Below are positions 18,501 to 25,976 of a stretch of DNA of 64,000 bases, in pieces. Every line of letters begins with the position of its first letter. The stretch's first letter is position 1. Source of the DNA: Acidobacteria bacterium RIFCSPLOWO2_02_FULL_65_29. Lineage in GTDB: Bacteria > Acidobacteriota > Vicinamibacteria > Vicinamibacterales > CAVVIG01. Made by a program: the position numbers and the translations under genes. The notes below the pieces were generated by a model. That model was not told the DNA's origin and searched no databases. It saw only the letters and a program-made list of their open reading frames with translations. The DNA lies in the NCBI GenBank assembly GCA_001767435.1, contig MEKT01000101.1, positions 13,054 through 77,053 of the forward strand, read 5' to 3'.

Positions 18501-19096
18501 TCAATCAGGAAGTTGTTGGAGCGCACCGCGCCGCCGCCCATCGACAGGGAGGAGTTGCCCGACTGATCCTGCATGCGGTTCCAGTGCGCGTTGCCGCTCG
18601 CCACCACCGTCGGCTGCAGCGTCGCCATCAGGAAGACGCTGCGGCCCTCCGACGGCAGCTCCTTGAAGTCCGTGCTGGTGAGCGTGCCGCCCTGCGACGC
18701 GTTGGTCGTCTCGATGAGCGGCGCGTCGCCCGTGACGGTGATGTTCTCTTCGAGCGCTCCCACCTCCAACTGGATGTCGATGAGGAGGAACTGCTGCGTG
18801 CCGACCTGCACGTTCGGGTTTTCGTACGCCTTGAATCCCGGGACCTGCACACGCAGCGTGTAACGCGTCGGGTCGACGGCAGGAAACGAGTACTCTCCGA
18901 CCTCGTTGGTCACCGTGTCGCGGATCGCTCCGGTCGCTGGATTGATCAGTGCGACGGCCGCACCAGGAATCACCCCCTGGTTGTCCTTGACGGTGCCACG
19001 CACGCCGCCCTGGAAGGTCTGCGCACCGGCAATCGTCGGCAGGGTGACAAGTACAAACAGGCAGGTGACGGCGGACGCGAGGCATCGACGGAACAT
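15593..19096 (-). CDS. TonB-dependent receptor with N-terminal carboxypeptidase-regulatory-like domain, paralog of 8689-12285
   Basis: Start at the ATG at 19096, which has AAGGAG 7 nt upstream. MFRRCLASAVTCLFVLVTLPTIAGAQ, GAAVALINPATGAIRDTVTNEVGEYSFPAVDPTRYTL, and C-terminal ITLRVTY. Confidence 0.9.
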   Translation of the reverse strand: MFRRCLASAVTCLFVLVTLPTIAGAQTFQGGVRGTVKDNQGVIPGAAVALINPATGAIRDTVTNEVGEYSFPAVDPTRYTLRVQVPGFKAYENPNVQVGTQQFLLIDIQLEVGALEENITVTGDAPLIETTNASQGGTLTSTDFKELPSEGRSVFLMATLQPTVVASGNAHWNRMQDQSGNSSLSMGGGAVRSNNFLIDGFPTTDMQNRSSVNPSMEALEDARVQIHTYDAEMGRTGGGVMNMAAKAGANRFEGSGYTVFRPQTLQDQLLIPRLNNETFRPEYWRNGGGGIGGPILRNKTFFWFAGEKYINHQPQASAFTVPSMATRRGDFSALTRSGRPYYIRDPLSGLPCNATTGGAGCFPGNVIPANRINFTGSAIASYMPEPDRDVDDGTQNFSRTDLLPSNAYQFTTKVNHNFNNAASMSVFYLRQVTAENSANYNPVNKFVGSQFLLERADHTIVVNNTWVMNSSTVLALRGGWNEFPDGNKLPVPFDAATLWPSNPGFTSQFKDSNRFPTTSYTGSGSYRGTGWSARSDNVYYQYGFNAALSKLIGTHSMKYGGDYRILGVRSSSFGTSTGTYAFDGRFTGNALADLLLGYPSSGSIPISADLDGYINYSAGFMQDDWRVNSRLTLNYGVRLEHETNLRERENRITTDFALDTASPLNSLVNVIDPITGQRRQINGGLVYAGQNGAPEQQGGPRDVQVSPRVGGVFSFNEKTVLRGGWGLYVAPWNYGAGGTTGWSQYGYSATTQLQQSSGTNPVPITSLSDPFPGRFVQPTGDSLGLLTNVGADTNIRLPNKGTPKVQQYSVDLQREFGGGLMLGIGYTGLTGTDQDWQADININQLDPKYQSQPDGYTRAQVPNPFFGIPQAGQFASRATIERGQLLRPFPQFGNVMWADATGARSQYHALIFQGRKRTDNLWGVNFSYTYSRLMDNQVGQGNYYSSAPGVQNSYVLVPWSEYYDPDSEYGRSLLDSPHKVTISPTLLLPFGDGKRFLSEGGVGNAVFGGWSLTAVMQFQSGFPMGVSQNITGGQFLMGGSVRPNLVDGQDILTPGDITERITENTTDNRYYNLAAFQAVARNRFGNAPRTLPGVLSPFRNAFSMSASKQVGLPGRASASIRFELLNPLNIVQWAAPASSALGNSGFGQLRNQANNMRSVQITLRVTY

Positions 19097-19242
19097 GATG
19101 GTCTCCTTAACCAGAGCTTCCCACTCCGTGTCTCCGCGCTGGAGACAACGAGCCGAGCCTAAGCCCGCCACGGGTCGATGTCAATTTGAAGTGGCGGACA
19201 TGCCTCGCTCGTGACGCACCAATCTCGTTCCGCATAACGGGC

Positions 19243-19335
19243 TAGGCGCGCACGGCGCGCCTGCGAGGGAGCGGCGCGGGGCGTAGGGGTCCCCGCAAGC
19301 GACCGAGCCGGGGTGTGGGGCAGAGCCCCACGTTA
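19243..19335 (+). repeat. 93-nt double-hairpin intergenic repeat, copy A
   Basis: TAGGCGCGCACGGCGCGCCTGCGAGGGAGCGGCGCGGGGCGTAGGGGTCCCCGCAAGCGACCGAGCCGGGGTGTGGGGCAGAGCCCCACGTTA. Nearly identical to the copies at 38754 and 58258, and inverted relative to the copy at 54038. Confidence 0.85.
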
Positions 19336-19339
19336 ATTT

Positions 19340-19371
19340 GGGTGCTTGGGTGCTTCGGTGCTGGGGGTGCT
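19340..19371. repeat. octamer array, GGGTGCTT-like x4
   Basis: Read directly, abutting the stop of the TonB-C gene. Confidence 0.7.
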
Positions 19372-19374
19372 CGA

Positions 19375-20247
19375 TCATTTCAGCGTGAAGTTGACCGTGA
19401 CCGCCATGCGGACCGGCACGGCCTGGCCGTTGACGATCGTCGGCTGAAAGTGCCAGTTGCGGACCGCCTGCAACGCGGCTTCGTCGAGCATGGGAATCGA
19501 TCGCAACACCGTCGCGTCCACCACGTCGCCTGACGGATCGATGACCACTTCCGCGATGACCGTGCCTTTGACACCAGCGGCCTGCGCGTCGGGCGGATAG
19601 ATCGGCTGATCGAGGCGGGGCGGCGCGGTCAAGCCGCCCCCGACCCGGTACACGCCTTGCTCGTCGGGCCCGCCGGGAGCCGACGACGGCTGCCGTGATT
19701 GCGCGGTATCTGCCGTGTGCATCGCGGTCGCGCGCCGCGCGTAGAACTGCGCGAGCATCCTGAACACGTCGGTCTGGTCCGGATGCTGGCGTCTCGCCGC
19801 GAGCAGCGTTTCTTCAGCCGCCTCGATGAGCGCGCGATCCTCCTGGGCTTTGGCCAGTCGAAACACGGGGTCGAGCTCCGTCGGACTGAGACCGATGATC
19901 TCGCGGAGGACCGATTCGTACTGATCGTACTCGTCCAAGCCCGCGGGCGCGTAGATCCCGGCGAGGCCTTCGAGCGCGGCGAGCTGGTGCTCGGTCCGGA
20001 GTGCGAGGCCCGAGGCCCTCCGGTAGTGCCCAGCGGCTCGGTCCAGCTGTCGGCGTCGATCCCCCTCGTCTCTTGCGACTGCCGCCTGCCGCGCCTGTTC
20101 TTCGCCCTGGCACAACGCGACGACCGCGCCGCTCGGTCCACCCGCCAGCGCCTGGCTGCAGGCGGACGGGGCGAACACCGCCGACTTGGGCGGCTGGCCC
20201 TGCGGTTGGACAACGAGCGTCACCGCTGCGATCAGCTGTGCGACCAT
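19375..20247 (-). CDS. TonB C-terminal domain protein (energy transducer TonB-like)
   Basis: The track ORF (593 aa) is trimmed to the ATG at 20247, which has GGAGG 4 nt upstream. The C-terminus YPPDAQAAGVKGTVIAEVVIDPSGDVVDATVLRSIPMLDEAALQAVRNWHFQP is TonB_C-like. Confidence 0.8.
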   Translation of the reverse strand: MVAQLIAAVTLVVQPQGQPPKSAVFAPSACSQALAGGPSGAVVALCQGEEQARQAAVARDEGDRRRQLDRAAGHYRRASGLALRTEHQLAALEGLAGIYAPAGLDEYDQYESVLREIIGLSPTELDPVFRLAKAQEDRALIEAAEETLLAARRQHPDQTDVFRMLAQFYARRATAMHTADTAQSRQPSSAPGGPDEQGVYRVGGGLTAPPRLDQPIYPPDAQAAGVKGTVIAEVVIDPSGDVVDATVLRSIPMLDEAALQAVRNWHFQPTIVNGQAVPVRMAVTVNFTLK

Positions 20248-20291
20248 CAAGCCTCCGTACGGAGGATTTGACACCGATCCTCCGAGAATGG

Positions 20292-20348
20292 GCAATTGAA
20301 TCGGGTAATTGGATAATTGGATAATCGGGTAAGGGGATTGGATAATCA
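20292..20348. repeat. imperfect octamer array (ATTGGATA / ATCGGGTA)
   Basis: Read directly, between the TonB-like start and the PPK2 stop. Confidence 0.6.
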
Positions 20349-21221
20349 CTTCGCTAGCTGCCGTCCAATCTCCTTCAGCTGCCGCCGGGCGGCGGCGTCG
20401 AGCTCCGGGTACGTGAGCTTCAGCGAGGTCAGCGCGTCGATGATCGCCTGCGACACGATCAGCCGCGCGTTCTTCTTGTCGTCGGCCGGCACGGCGTACC
20501 ACGGCGCTTCGGCCGTACTGGTGGCCGACATGCAGGCCTCGTACGCGGCCATGTACTGCCGCCAGAGCCGCCGCTCCTCCAGGTCGCCCACGCTGAACTT
20601 CCAGTTCTTGTCCGAGTCCTCGATGCGCGCGAGAAGCCTCTTGCGCTGCTCCTTTTTTGACAGGTGCAGGTAGAACTTGACGATGCGCGTGCCGTTTCGG
20701 CCGAGGTGCCGCTCGAAGTCCACGATGGACTGATACCGATCCTTCCAGAAGGGACCGCGCGCGGTGGTGAAGCCGGGAATGCGCTGACCGCGGACGAGAT
20801 TGGGGTGCACGCGCACGACGAGCACCTCCTCGTAGTACGAGCGGTTGAAGATGCCGATGCGCCCGCGCTCCGGCAGGCAGGTCGTCGTGCGCCACAGGAA
20901 GTCGTGATCGAGATCGGTGGCGCTCGGGTGCTTGAAGCTGAACACCTGACAGCCTTGTGGATTGATGCCCGACATCACGTGCTTGAGGACGCCGTCCTTC
21001 CCCGCGGCGTCCATGGCCTGGAAAATGAGGAGCAGCGCGTACGAATCCGCCGCGTACAGGCGCTCCTGCAGCTCGCTCAGCTGGTCGACCTGGCGCTCCA
21101 GCAATTCCCCGTAATGGTCTTTCGAGTCGTAGACCGGCGCCACGTCGGTCGGGCACCGGGTCAGGCGGAGCCGGGATCCCTGCCGAACGCGGAAGCGGTC
21201 GGCATCGATTTTCGTTTTCAT
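20346..21221 (-). CDS. ppk2: polyphosphate kinase 2 (PPK2) family protein
   Basis: [15 protein letters not shown] (Walker A), [38 protein letters not shown]. Confidence 0.9.
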   Translation of the reverse strand: MKTKIDADRFRVRQGSRLRLTRCPTDVAPVYDSKDHYGELLERQVDQLSELQERLYAADSYALLLIFQAMDAAGKDGVLKHVMSGINPQGCQVFSFKHPSATDLDHDFLWRTTTCLPERGRIGIFNRSYYEEVLVVRVHPNLVRGQRIPGFTTARGPFWKDRYQSIVDFERHLGRNGTRIVKFYLHLSKKEQRKRLLARIEDSDKNWKFSVGDLEERRLWRQYMAAYEACMSATSTAEAPWYAVPADDKKNARLIVSQAIIDALTSLKLTYPELDAAARRQLKEIGRQLAK

Positions 21222-21263
21222 GCCGGAGAACTCTAGCAGGATCGGCCCGACGAGACGAGAACC

Positions 21264-21339
21264 CCCAGCCTCTAGCCTCTAGCCCCTAGCCTCTAGACTA
21301 GCCCCCCGGCCTCCAGCCTCCAGCCTCGAGCCCCTCCGG
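21264..21339. repeat. heptamer array (TCTAGCC / TCCAGCC, about 11 units)
   Basis: Read directly in the divergent intergenic region between PPK2 and PQQ dehydrogenase 1. Confidence 0.8.
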
Positions 21340-21477
21340 CGGTCGGCCCGGGGTTGGCCAACGAAGCCGCAGAAACCGCGCGCCGTCGGGTGGAACGGGT
21401 GTAGAGTGACCCCTGGAAAACTTCTTGTTCTGAGGTCCGGCCCCGCGTGCCGGACCGTCTCAAAAGCGGGGTGAAGC

Positions 21478-23682
21478 ATGGCGCGCACACTGTCTAGACA
21501 TCTTCTAAAGCCGATGTCCATGCGAACAAGGCAAGTGTTCGGCTTGCTGGTTCTGCTCGGCGGGGGAATCGCATGGCTCACGCCGCGTGCGGCGGGACAG
21601 GCGGGAAGCGCTGCCTTTCCCAGCACGGCCGCCGGCGACTGGACGCACTACACGGCCGACGCGCGGGGCAGCAAGTACTCGCCGCTCGATCAGATCAACG
21701 CGGCGAATTTCAACAAGCTCGAGGTCGCGTGGCGCTTCAAGACCGACAACCTCGGCACGCGTCCCGAGTACAAGCTCGAAGGCACGCCGCTCGCGATCAA
21801 GGGTGTGATCTACACGACGGCCGGCACACGGCGCTCGGTCGTGGCGCTCGACGCGAAGACCGGCGAGCTCATGTGGGCGTACAGCCTGCGCGAAGGCACC
21901 CGCGCCGCGATCGCGCCACGGCAGCTTTCGGGCCGGGGCGTCGCGTACTGGACCGACGGCCGGGGCGACGACCGCGTGCTGTTTGTCACGACCGGCTATC
22001 GCCTCGTCGCGTTGAACGCGAAGACCGGCCAACCCGTCGCCTCGTTCGGCAGGAACGGCATTGTGGACTTGAAGGAAGGCGCGGTCGTCGGCACGGGCCG
22101 CCAGATCGATCTCGAGACCGGTGAGATCGGCGTGCACTCGACGCCGCTGGTGGTCAAGGACACCGTCATCGTCGGATCGTCGATGAAGGAGGGCATGACG
22201 GTCGTCACGCACGACAACACGAAGGGCCTGGTGCGCGCGTTCGACGCGCGGACGGGCCGGAGGATCTGGCAGTTCAACACGATTCCGCGGCCCGGCGAAT
22301 TCGGCAACGAGACGTGGGAAGAGAACTCGTGGGCGTACAACGGGAACACCGGCGTCTGGACGCAGATGACCGCGGATGAAGACGCCGGCCTGGTGTACCT
22401 GCCGGTCGAGACGCCGACCTCGGACTTCTACGGCGGGCACCGGCCGGGCAACAACCTCTTTGCCGAGAGCCTTGTGGCCGTCGACCTGAAGACGGGCGTG
22501 CGCAAATGGCACTTCCAGTTCGTCCATCATCCGATCTGGAACTTCGACAACTCATCGGCGCCGCTCCTGGCCGATATCAATGTGAACGGCAAGGCGATCA
22601 AGGCCGTCGCCTCGCCGAGCAAGCTCGGGTGGCTCTATGTCTTCGACCGCATCACGGGCCAGCCCGTGTGGCCGATCGAGGAGCGGCCCGTGCCGCAGTC
22701 CGACGTGCCGGGAGAGAAGACGTCGCCGACGCAGCCCCACCCGACCAAGCCGCCGGCGTACGCGCGCAACTCGCTTCTGCCCGAGTACCTGATCGACTTC
22801 ACACCGGAGATGCGCGGCCAAGCGCTCGAGTTGCTGAAGCGGTATCGCTGGGAGCAATCGCCGTTTGGCCCGGCGGTCCTTGGCAGCGTCAACGGACGCC
22901 TCGGCGGCATCGGCGCGGGCACGGCCACCAACTGGCCCGGCGCCTCCTACGATCCGGAAACGCACACCGTGTATGCGCAAGCCGGCAACAACGGGTTCTC
23001 GGCGCGGTCTCTGGCGCCGATGCCGGCGGGGTTCTCCGACATCCGGTACGGGTCGGGCATGGAAGGGCGGCCGTTCCGCGAAGCACTCGGCCCCGGATTT
23101 GGCACGGCCGCCGAATCTCCGCTCGCCGGCGGCAGAGGCCGCGGAGCTGCCGCCGAACCGGCGCCTGCGCCCGCGGCGGCTCCGGCGGGCGGCGCGCCTC
23201 CAGCTGCCGCCGCAGGCGGAGGCGGCGGTCTGAACATCCAGGGCCTGCCGATCGTGAAGCCGCCGTACGGCGTGCTGTCGGCGATCAACCTCGATCGAGG
23301 CGAGTTGAGCTGGCAGGTCCCGCACGGCGATACGCCCGACGCGATTCGCAACCACCCGTTGCTGCGCGGGATGAACATCGGGAAAACCGGCCAGAGCGGC
23401 AGCGTCGGCTTGATGGTCACCAAGACGCTCGTAATCCTCGGCGACGGCCAGGTCACCTCGCCGCCGGGTCGGCCGCGCGGCGCGATGCTCCGTGCGTACG
23501 ACAAGAAGACGGGCCAACAGGTCGGTGAAGTCTGGATGCCGGCGCCGCAAAGCGGGTCGCCGATGACCTATGCGGTCGACGGCCGGCAGTACATCATCAT
23601 CGCCGTGAGCGGCGGCGCGTTTTCGGGTGAGTACATCGCGTTTGCGCTGCCACAAAACGAAGGGCGGCCGAGTCAGCAGTAG
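21478..23682 (+). CDS. soluble PQQ-dependent dehydrogenase, glucose/quinate/shikimate-like family, paralog 1
   Basis: KYSPLDQINAANFNKLEVAWRFKT, repeated xTGExxW propeller motifs, FVHHPIWNFD, and a signal peptide. An alternative start at 21520 (MRTRQVFGLLVLL) is possible. Confidence 0.9.
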   Translation: MARTLSRHLLKPMSMRTRQVFGLLVLLGGGIAWLTPRAAGQAGSAAFPSTAAGDWTHYTADARGSKYSPLDQINAANFNKLEVAWRFKTDNLGTRPEYKLEGTPLAIKGVIYTTAGTRRSVVALDAKTGELMWAYSLREGTRAAIAPRQLSGRGVAYWTDGRGDDRVLFVTTGYRLVALNAKTGQPVASFGRNGIVDLKEGAVVGTGRQIDLETGEIGVHSTPLVVKDTVIVGSSMKEGMTVVTHDNTKGLVRAFDARTGRRIWQFNTIPRPGEFGNETWEENSWAYNGNTGVWTQMTADEDAGLVYLPVETPTSDFYGGHRPGNNLFAESLVAVDLKTGVRKWHFQFVHHPIWNFDNSSAPLLADINVNGKAIKAVASPSKLGWLYVFDRITGQPVWPIEERPVPQSDVPGEKTSPTQPHPTKPPAYARNSLLPEYLIDFTPEMRGQALELLKRYRWEQSPFGPAVLGSVNGRLGGIGAGTATNWPGASYDPETHTVYAQAGNNGFSARSLAPMPAGFSDIRYGSGMEGRPFREALGPGFGTAAESPLAGGRGRGAAAEPAPAPAAAPAGGAPPAAAAGGGGGLNIQGLPIVKPPYGVLSAINLDRGELSWQVPHGDTPDAIRNHPLLRGMNIGKTGQSGSVGLMVTKTLVILGDGQVTSPPGRPRGAMLRAYDKKTGQQVGEVWMPAPQSGSPMTYAVDGRQYIIIAVSGGAFSGEYIAFALPQNEGRPSQQ
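21492..21540 (+). repeat. ~50-nt junction motif, copy i (GTCTAGACATCTTCTAAAGCCGATGTCCATGCGAACAAGGCAAGTGTTC)
   Basis: Shares about 80% identity by eye with 47530-47578 (minus strand) and 38696-43 (that is, 38696-38743, plus strand). Contains the hairpin GACATC-n10-GATGTC. Confidence 0.6.
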
Positions 23683-23684
23683 CA

Positions 23685-23755
23685 TAGTCGTGAGTCGATA
23701 GAATAGTCGTGAGTCGATAGTCGATAGTCGATGGTCGAGAATCGTGAGTCGAAAG
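23685..23755. repeat. heptamer array (TCGATAG / TCGTGAG)
   Basis: Begins 3 nt after the stop of dehydrogenase 1. Confidence 0.8.
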
Positions 23756-23786
23756 AGGTCATCTGGACGCATTGAGGAGTAGGACG

Positions 23787-25946
23787 ATGACGATGAAGAG
23801 AGCTATTCACAGTACGCTTCTGCTGGCGTTTCTCGTCGGGGCGGCCATGCTGATCATGCCGCGGGTGTCGGGCCAGACGCCCTCCGGGTTCCCGAGCACC
23901 AAGAACGGCGAGTGGTGGCACTACACGGCCGACAACACCGGGTCGCGCTTCATGCCGCTCGATCAGATCAACGGATCCAACTTCAACCAGCTCGAGGTCG
24001 CGTGGCGCTTCAAGACCGACAGCCTCGGGCCGTTTCCGGAATACAAACTCGAAGGCACGCCGCTGATGGTCAAGGGCACGATCTACACGACCGGCGGCAC
24101 GAGACGCTCGGTGGTCGCGCTCGACGCGAAAACGGGCGAGCTCCAATGGGTCTACAGTCTGCGTGAGGGCCGCCGCGCCGCGGTGGCGCCCAGGCAGCTC
24201 TCAGGCCGCGGCGTGTCGTACTGGACCGACGGCAAGGGTGACGATCGCGTCGTGTTCGTCACGACGGGCTTCCGGCTCGTCGAGCTCAACGCCCGGACCG
24301 GCCAGCCGGTACAGTCGTTCGGCAAAGCCGGAATCCTGGATCTCAAGGACGGCGTGCAGGTCGGCAACAACCAGCAGATCAACCTGGAAACGGGCGAGAT
24401 CGGCGTGCACTCGACGCCGACGATCGTGCGAGACATCGTGATTATCGGCTCGGCATTCCGCGAGGGCGCGACCGTGTCGACGCACAACAACACGAAGGGG
24501 CTCGTGCGCGGGTTCGACGTCCGAACGGGCAAGAGGCTCTGGACGTTCAACACCATTCCGCGGCCGGGGGAGTTCGGCGCCGAGACGTGGGAAGAAAACT
24601 CGTGGGCGTTCAACGGCAACGTCGGCGTGTGGACGCAGATCAGCGCCGACGCCGACGCCGGACTGGCGTACCTCCCCGTCGAGACGCCGACCTCCGACTT
24701 CTACGGCGGCCACCGGCCAGGCAACAACCTGTTCGCCGAAAGCCTGGTCGCCGTGGACATCCGCACCGGCCAGCGCAAGTGGCACTACCAGCTCGTGCAC
24801 CATCCGCTCTGGAATTTCGACAACTGCTGCGCGTCGCTGCTGGCGGACATCACCGTGGACGGCAAGGCCATCAAGGCCGTGGCGCAGCCGAGCAAGATCG
24901 GTTGGCTGTACGTGTTCGATCGGATCACGGGTCAGCCGGTGTGGCCGATTGAAGAGCGGCCGGTCCCGCAGTCCGACGTGCCCGGAGAGAAGACCTCGCC
25001 GACGCAGCCGCACGTGACGAAGCCGCCGCCGTACGCGCGCACGCACATGCGGGTACCGGACGATCTGATTGACTTCACGCCGCAGCTCCGCCAGCGGGCG
25101 CTCGAGGTCATCAAGCGCTATCGATACGAGCCGTCGCCGTTCATGCCGCCGGCGCTCGGCACCGTCGCCGGCCCGCGGTTCGGGGCGATCAACGCGTCGA
25201 CGGCCACCAACTGGCCCGGCTCCGCCTACGATCCGGAGACGCATACGGTGTTCGCGCAGGCCGGGAACACGGGAGCGTCGGCACGCTCGCTCGTCGCGCC
25301 GCCCACGGGCTTCACCGACATCCGCTACGTCTCGGGGATGGCCGGGCGTCCCTTCCGGGAGGTCTTCGGACCGGGGGATTGCTGCGCGGCAGATGCGGGA
25401 CGCCGGACGGCCGGGGATCGACAGGCCGAGCAGCCGAACGCACCGGCGGCGCCAGCGGCCCCGGTGGCCGATGCCGCTACTGTCGCCGCGGCCAACGCCG
25501 GGCTCAGCGTCGAGGGTCTCCCGATCACGAAGCCGCCCTACGGCGTGCTCTCGGCGATCAACCTCGATCGCGGCGAGCTCGTCTGGCAGGTGCCGCACGG
25601 CGACACGCCCGACAACATCCGCAACCACCCGCTGCTGCGCGGCATGAACATTCCCAAGACGGGCCAGGCCGGCACCTCGGGCGTCGGCTTGATGGTGACC
25701 CGCACGCTCGTCGTCATGGGCGATCCGCAGGTGACGACACCACCGGGACGTCCGCGCGGCGCGATGCTGCGGGCCTACGACAAGAAGACAGGCCAGGAAG
25801 TCGGCGCGCAACTGCTGCCGGCTCCGCAAAGCGGCTCGCCGATGACCTACATGGTCGACGGCCGTCAGTTCATCATCGTCGCCGTCGCGGGCGGCGCCGT
25901 GACAGGCGAGTACATCGCCTATGCGCTGCCACAGACTAGTCGTTAG
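23787..25946 (+). CDS. soluble PQQ-dependent dehydrogenase, paralog 2
   Basis: Start at the ATG at 23787, which has GAGGAG 7 nt upstream. MTMKRAIHSTLLLAFLVGAAMLIMPRVSGQ, and collinear with paralogs 1 and 3. Unique adjacent Cys-Cys (LWNFDNCCASLL, 24825-24830). Confidence 0.9.
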   Translation: MTMKRAIHSTLLLAFLVGAAMLIMPRVSGQTPSGFPSTKNGEWWHYTADNTGSRFMPLDQINGSNFNQLEVAWRFKTDSLGPFPEYKLEGTPLMVKGTIYTTGGTRRSVVALDAKTGELQWVYSLREGRRAAVAPRQLSGRGVSYWTDGKGDDRVVFVTTGFRLVELNARTGQPVQSFGKAGILDLKDGVQVGNNQQINLETGEIGVHSTPTIVRDIVIIGSAFREGATVSTHNNTKGLVRGFDVRTGKRLWTFNTIPRPGEFGAETWEENSWAFNGNVGVWTQISADADAGLAYLPVETPTSDFYGGHRPGNNLFAESLVAVDIRTGQRKWHYQLVHHPLWNFDNCCASLLADITVDGKAIKAVAQPSKIGWLYVFDRITGQPVWPIEERPVPQSDVPGEKTSPTQPHVTKPPPYARTHMRVPDDLIDFTPQLRQRALEVIKRYRYEPSPFMPPALGTVAGPRFGAINASTATNWPGSAYDPETHTVFAQAGNTGASARSLVAPPTGFTDIRYVSGMAGRPFREVFGPGDCCAADAGRRTAGDRQAEQPNAPAAPAAPVADAATVAAANAGLSVEGLPITKPPYGVLSAINLDRGELVWQVPHGDTPDNIRNHPLLRGMNIPKTGQAGTSGVGLMVTRTLVVMGDPQVTTPPGRPRGAMLRAYDKKTGQEVGAQLLPAPQSGSPMTYMVDGRQFIIVAVAGGAVTGEYIAYALPQTSR

Positions 25947-25967
25947 TCGTTAGTCGTTAGTCGTTAG
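25937..25967 (+). repeat. heptamer array, TAGTCGT x4
   Basis: The first unit encodes the last codons of dehydrogenase 2 (ACT AGT CGT). The second unit supplies its TAG stop. Confidence 0.9.
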
Positions 25968-25976
25968 AAGACCTGT

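Noticed and set aside
19243-19335. 93-nt repeat as a tRNA, other known ncRNA or MITE
   Set aside because: It has no cloverleaf or anticodon arm, no terminal inverted repeats and no evident target-site duplication. It is better described as a REP-like double hairpin. An Rfam search would still be needed.
20248-21156. N-terminal extension of the 593-aa ORF 19375-21156 (and similarly 59542-60411 of ORF 58348-60411)
   Set aside because: The extensions run through the repeat region and antisense or out of frame over neighbouring genes (PPK2 and the flippase). Internal ATGs with an RBS or an ATGA overlap give family-typical N-termini.
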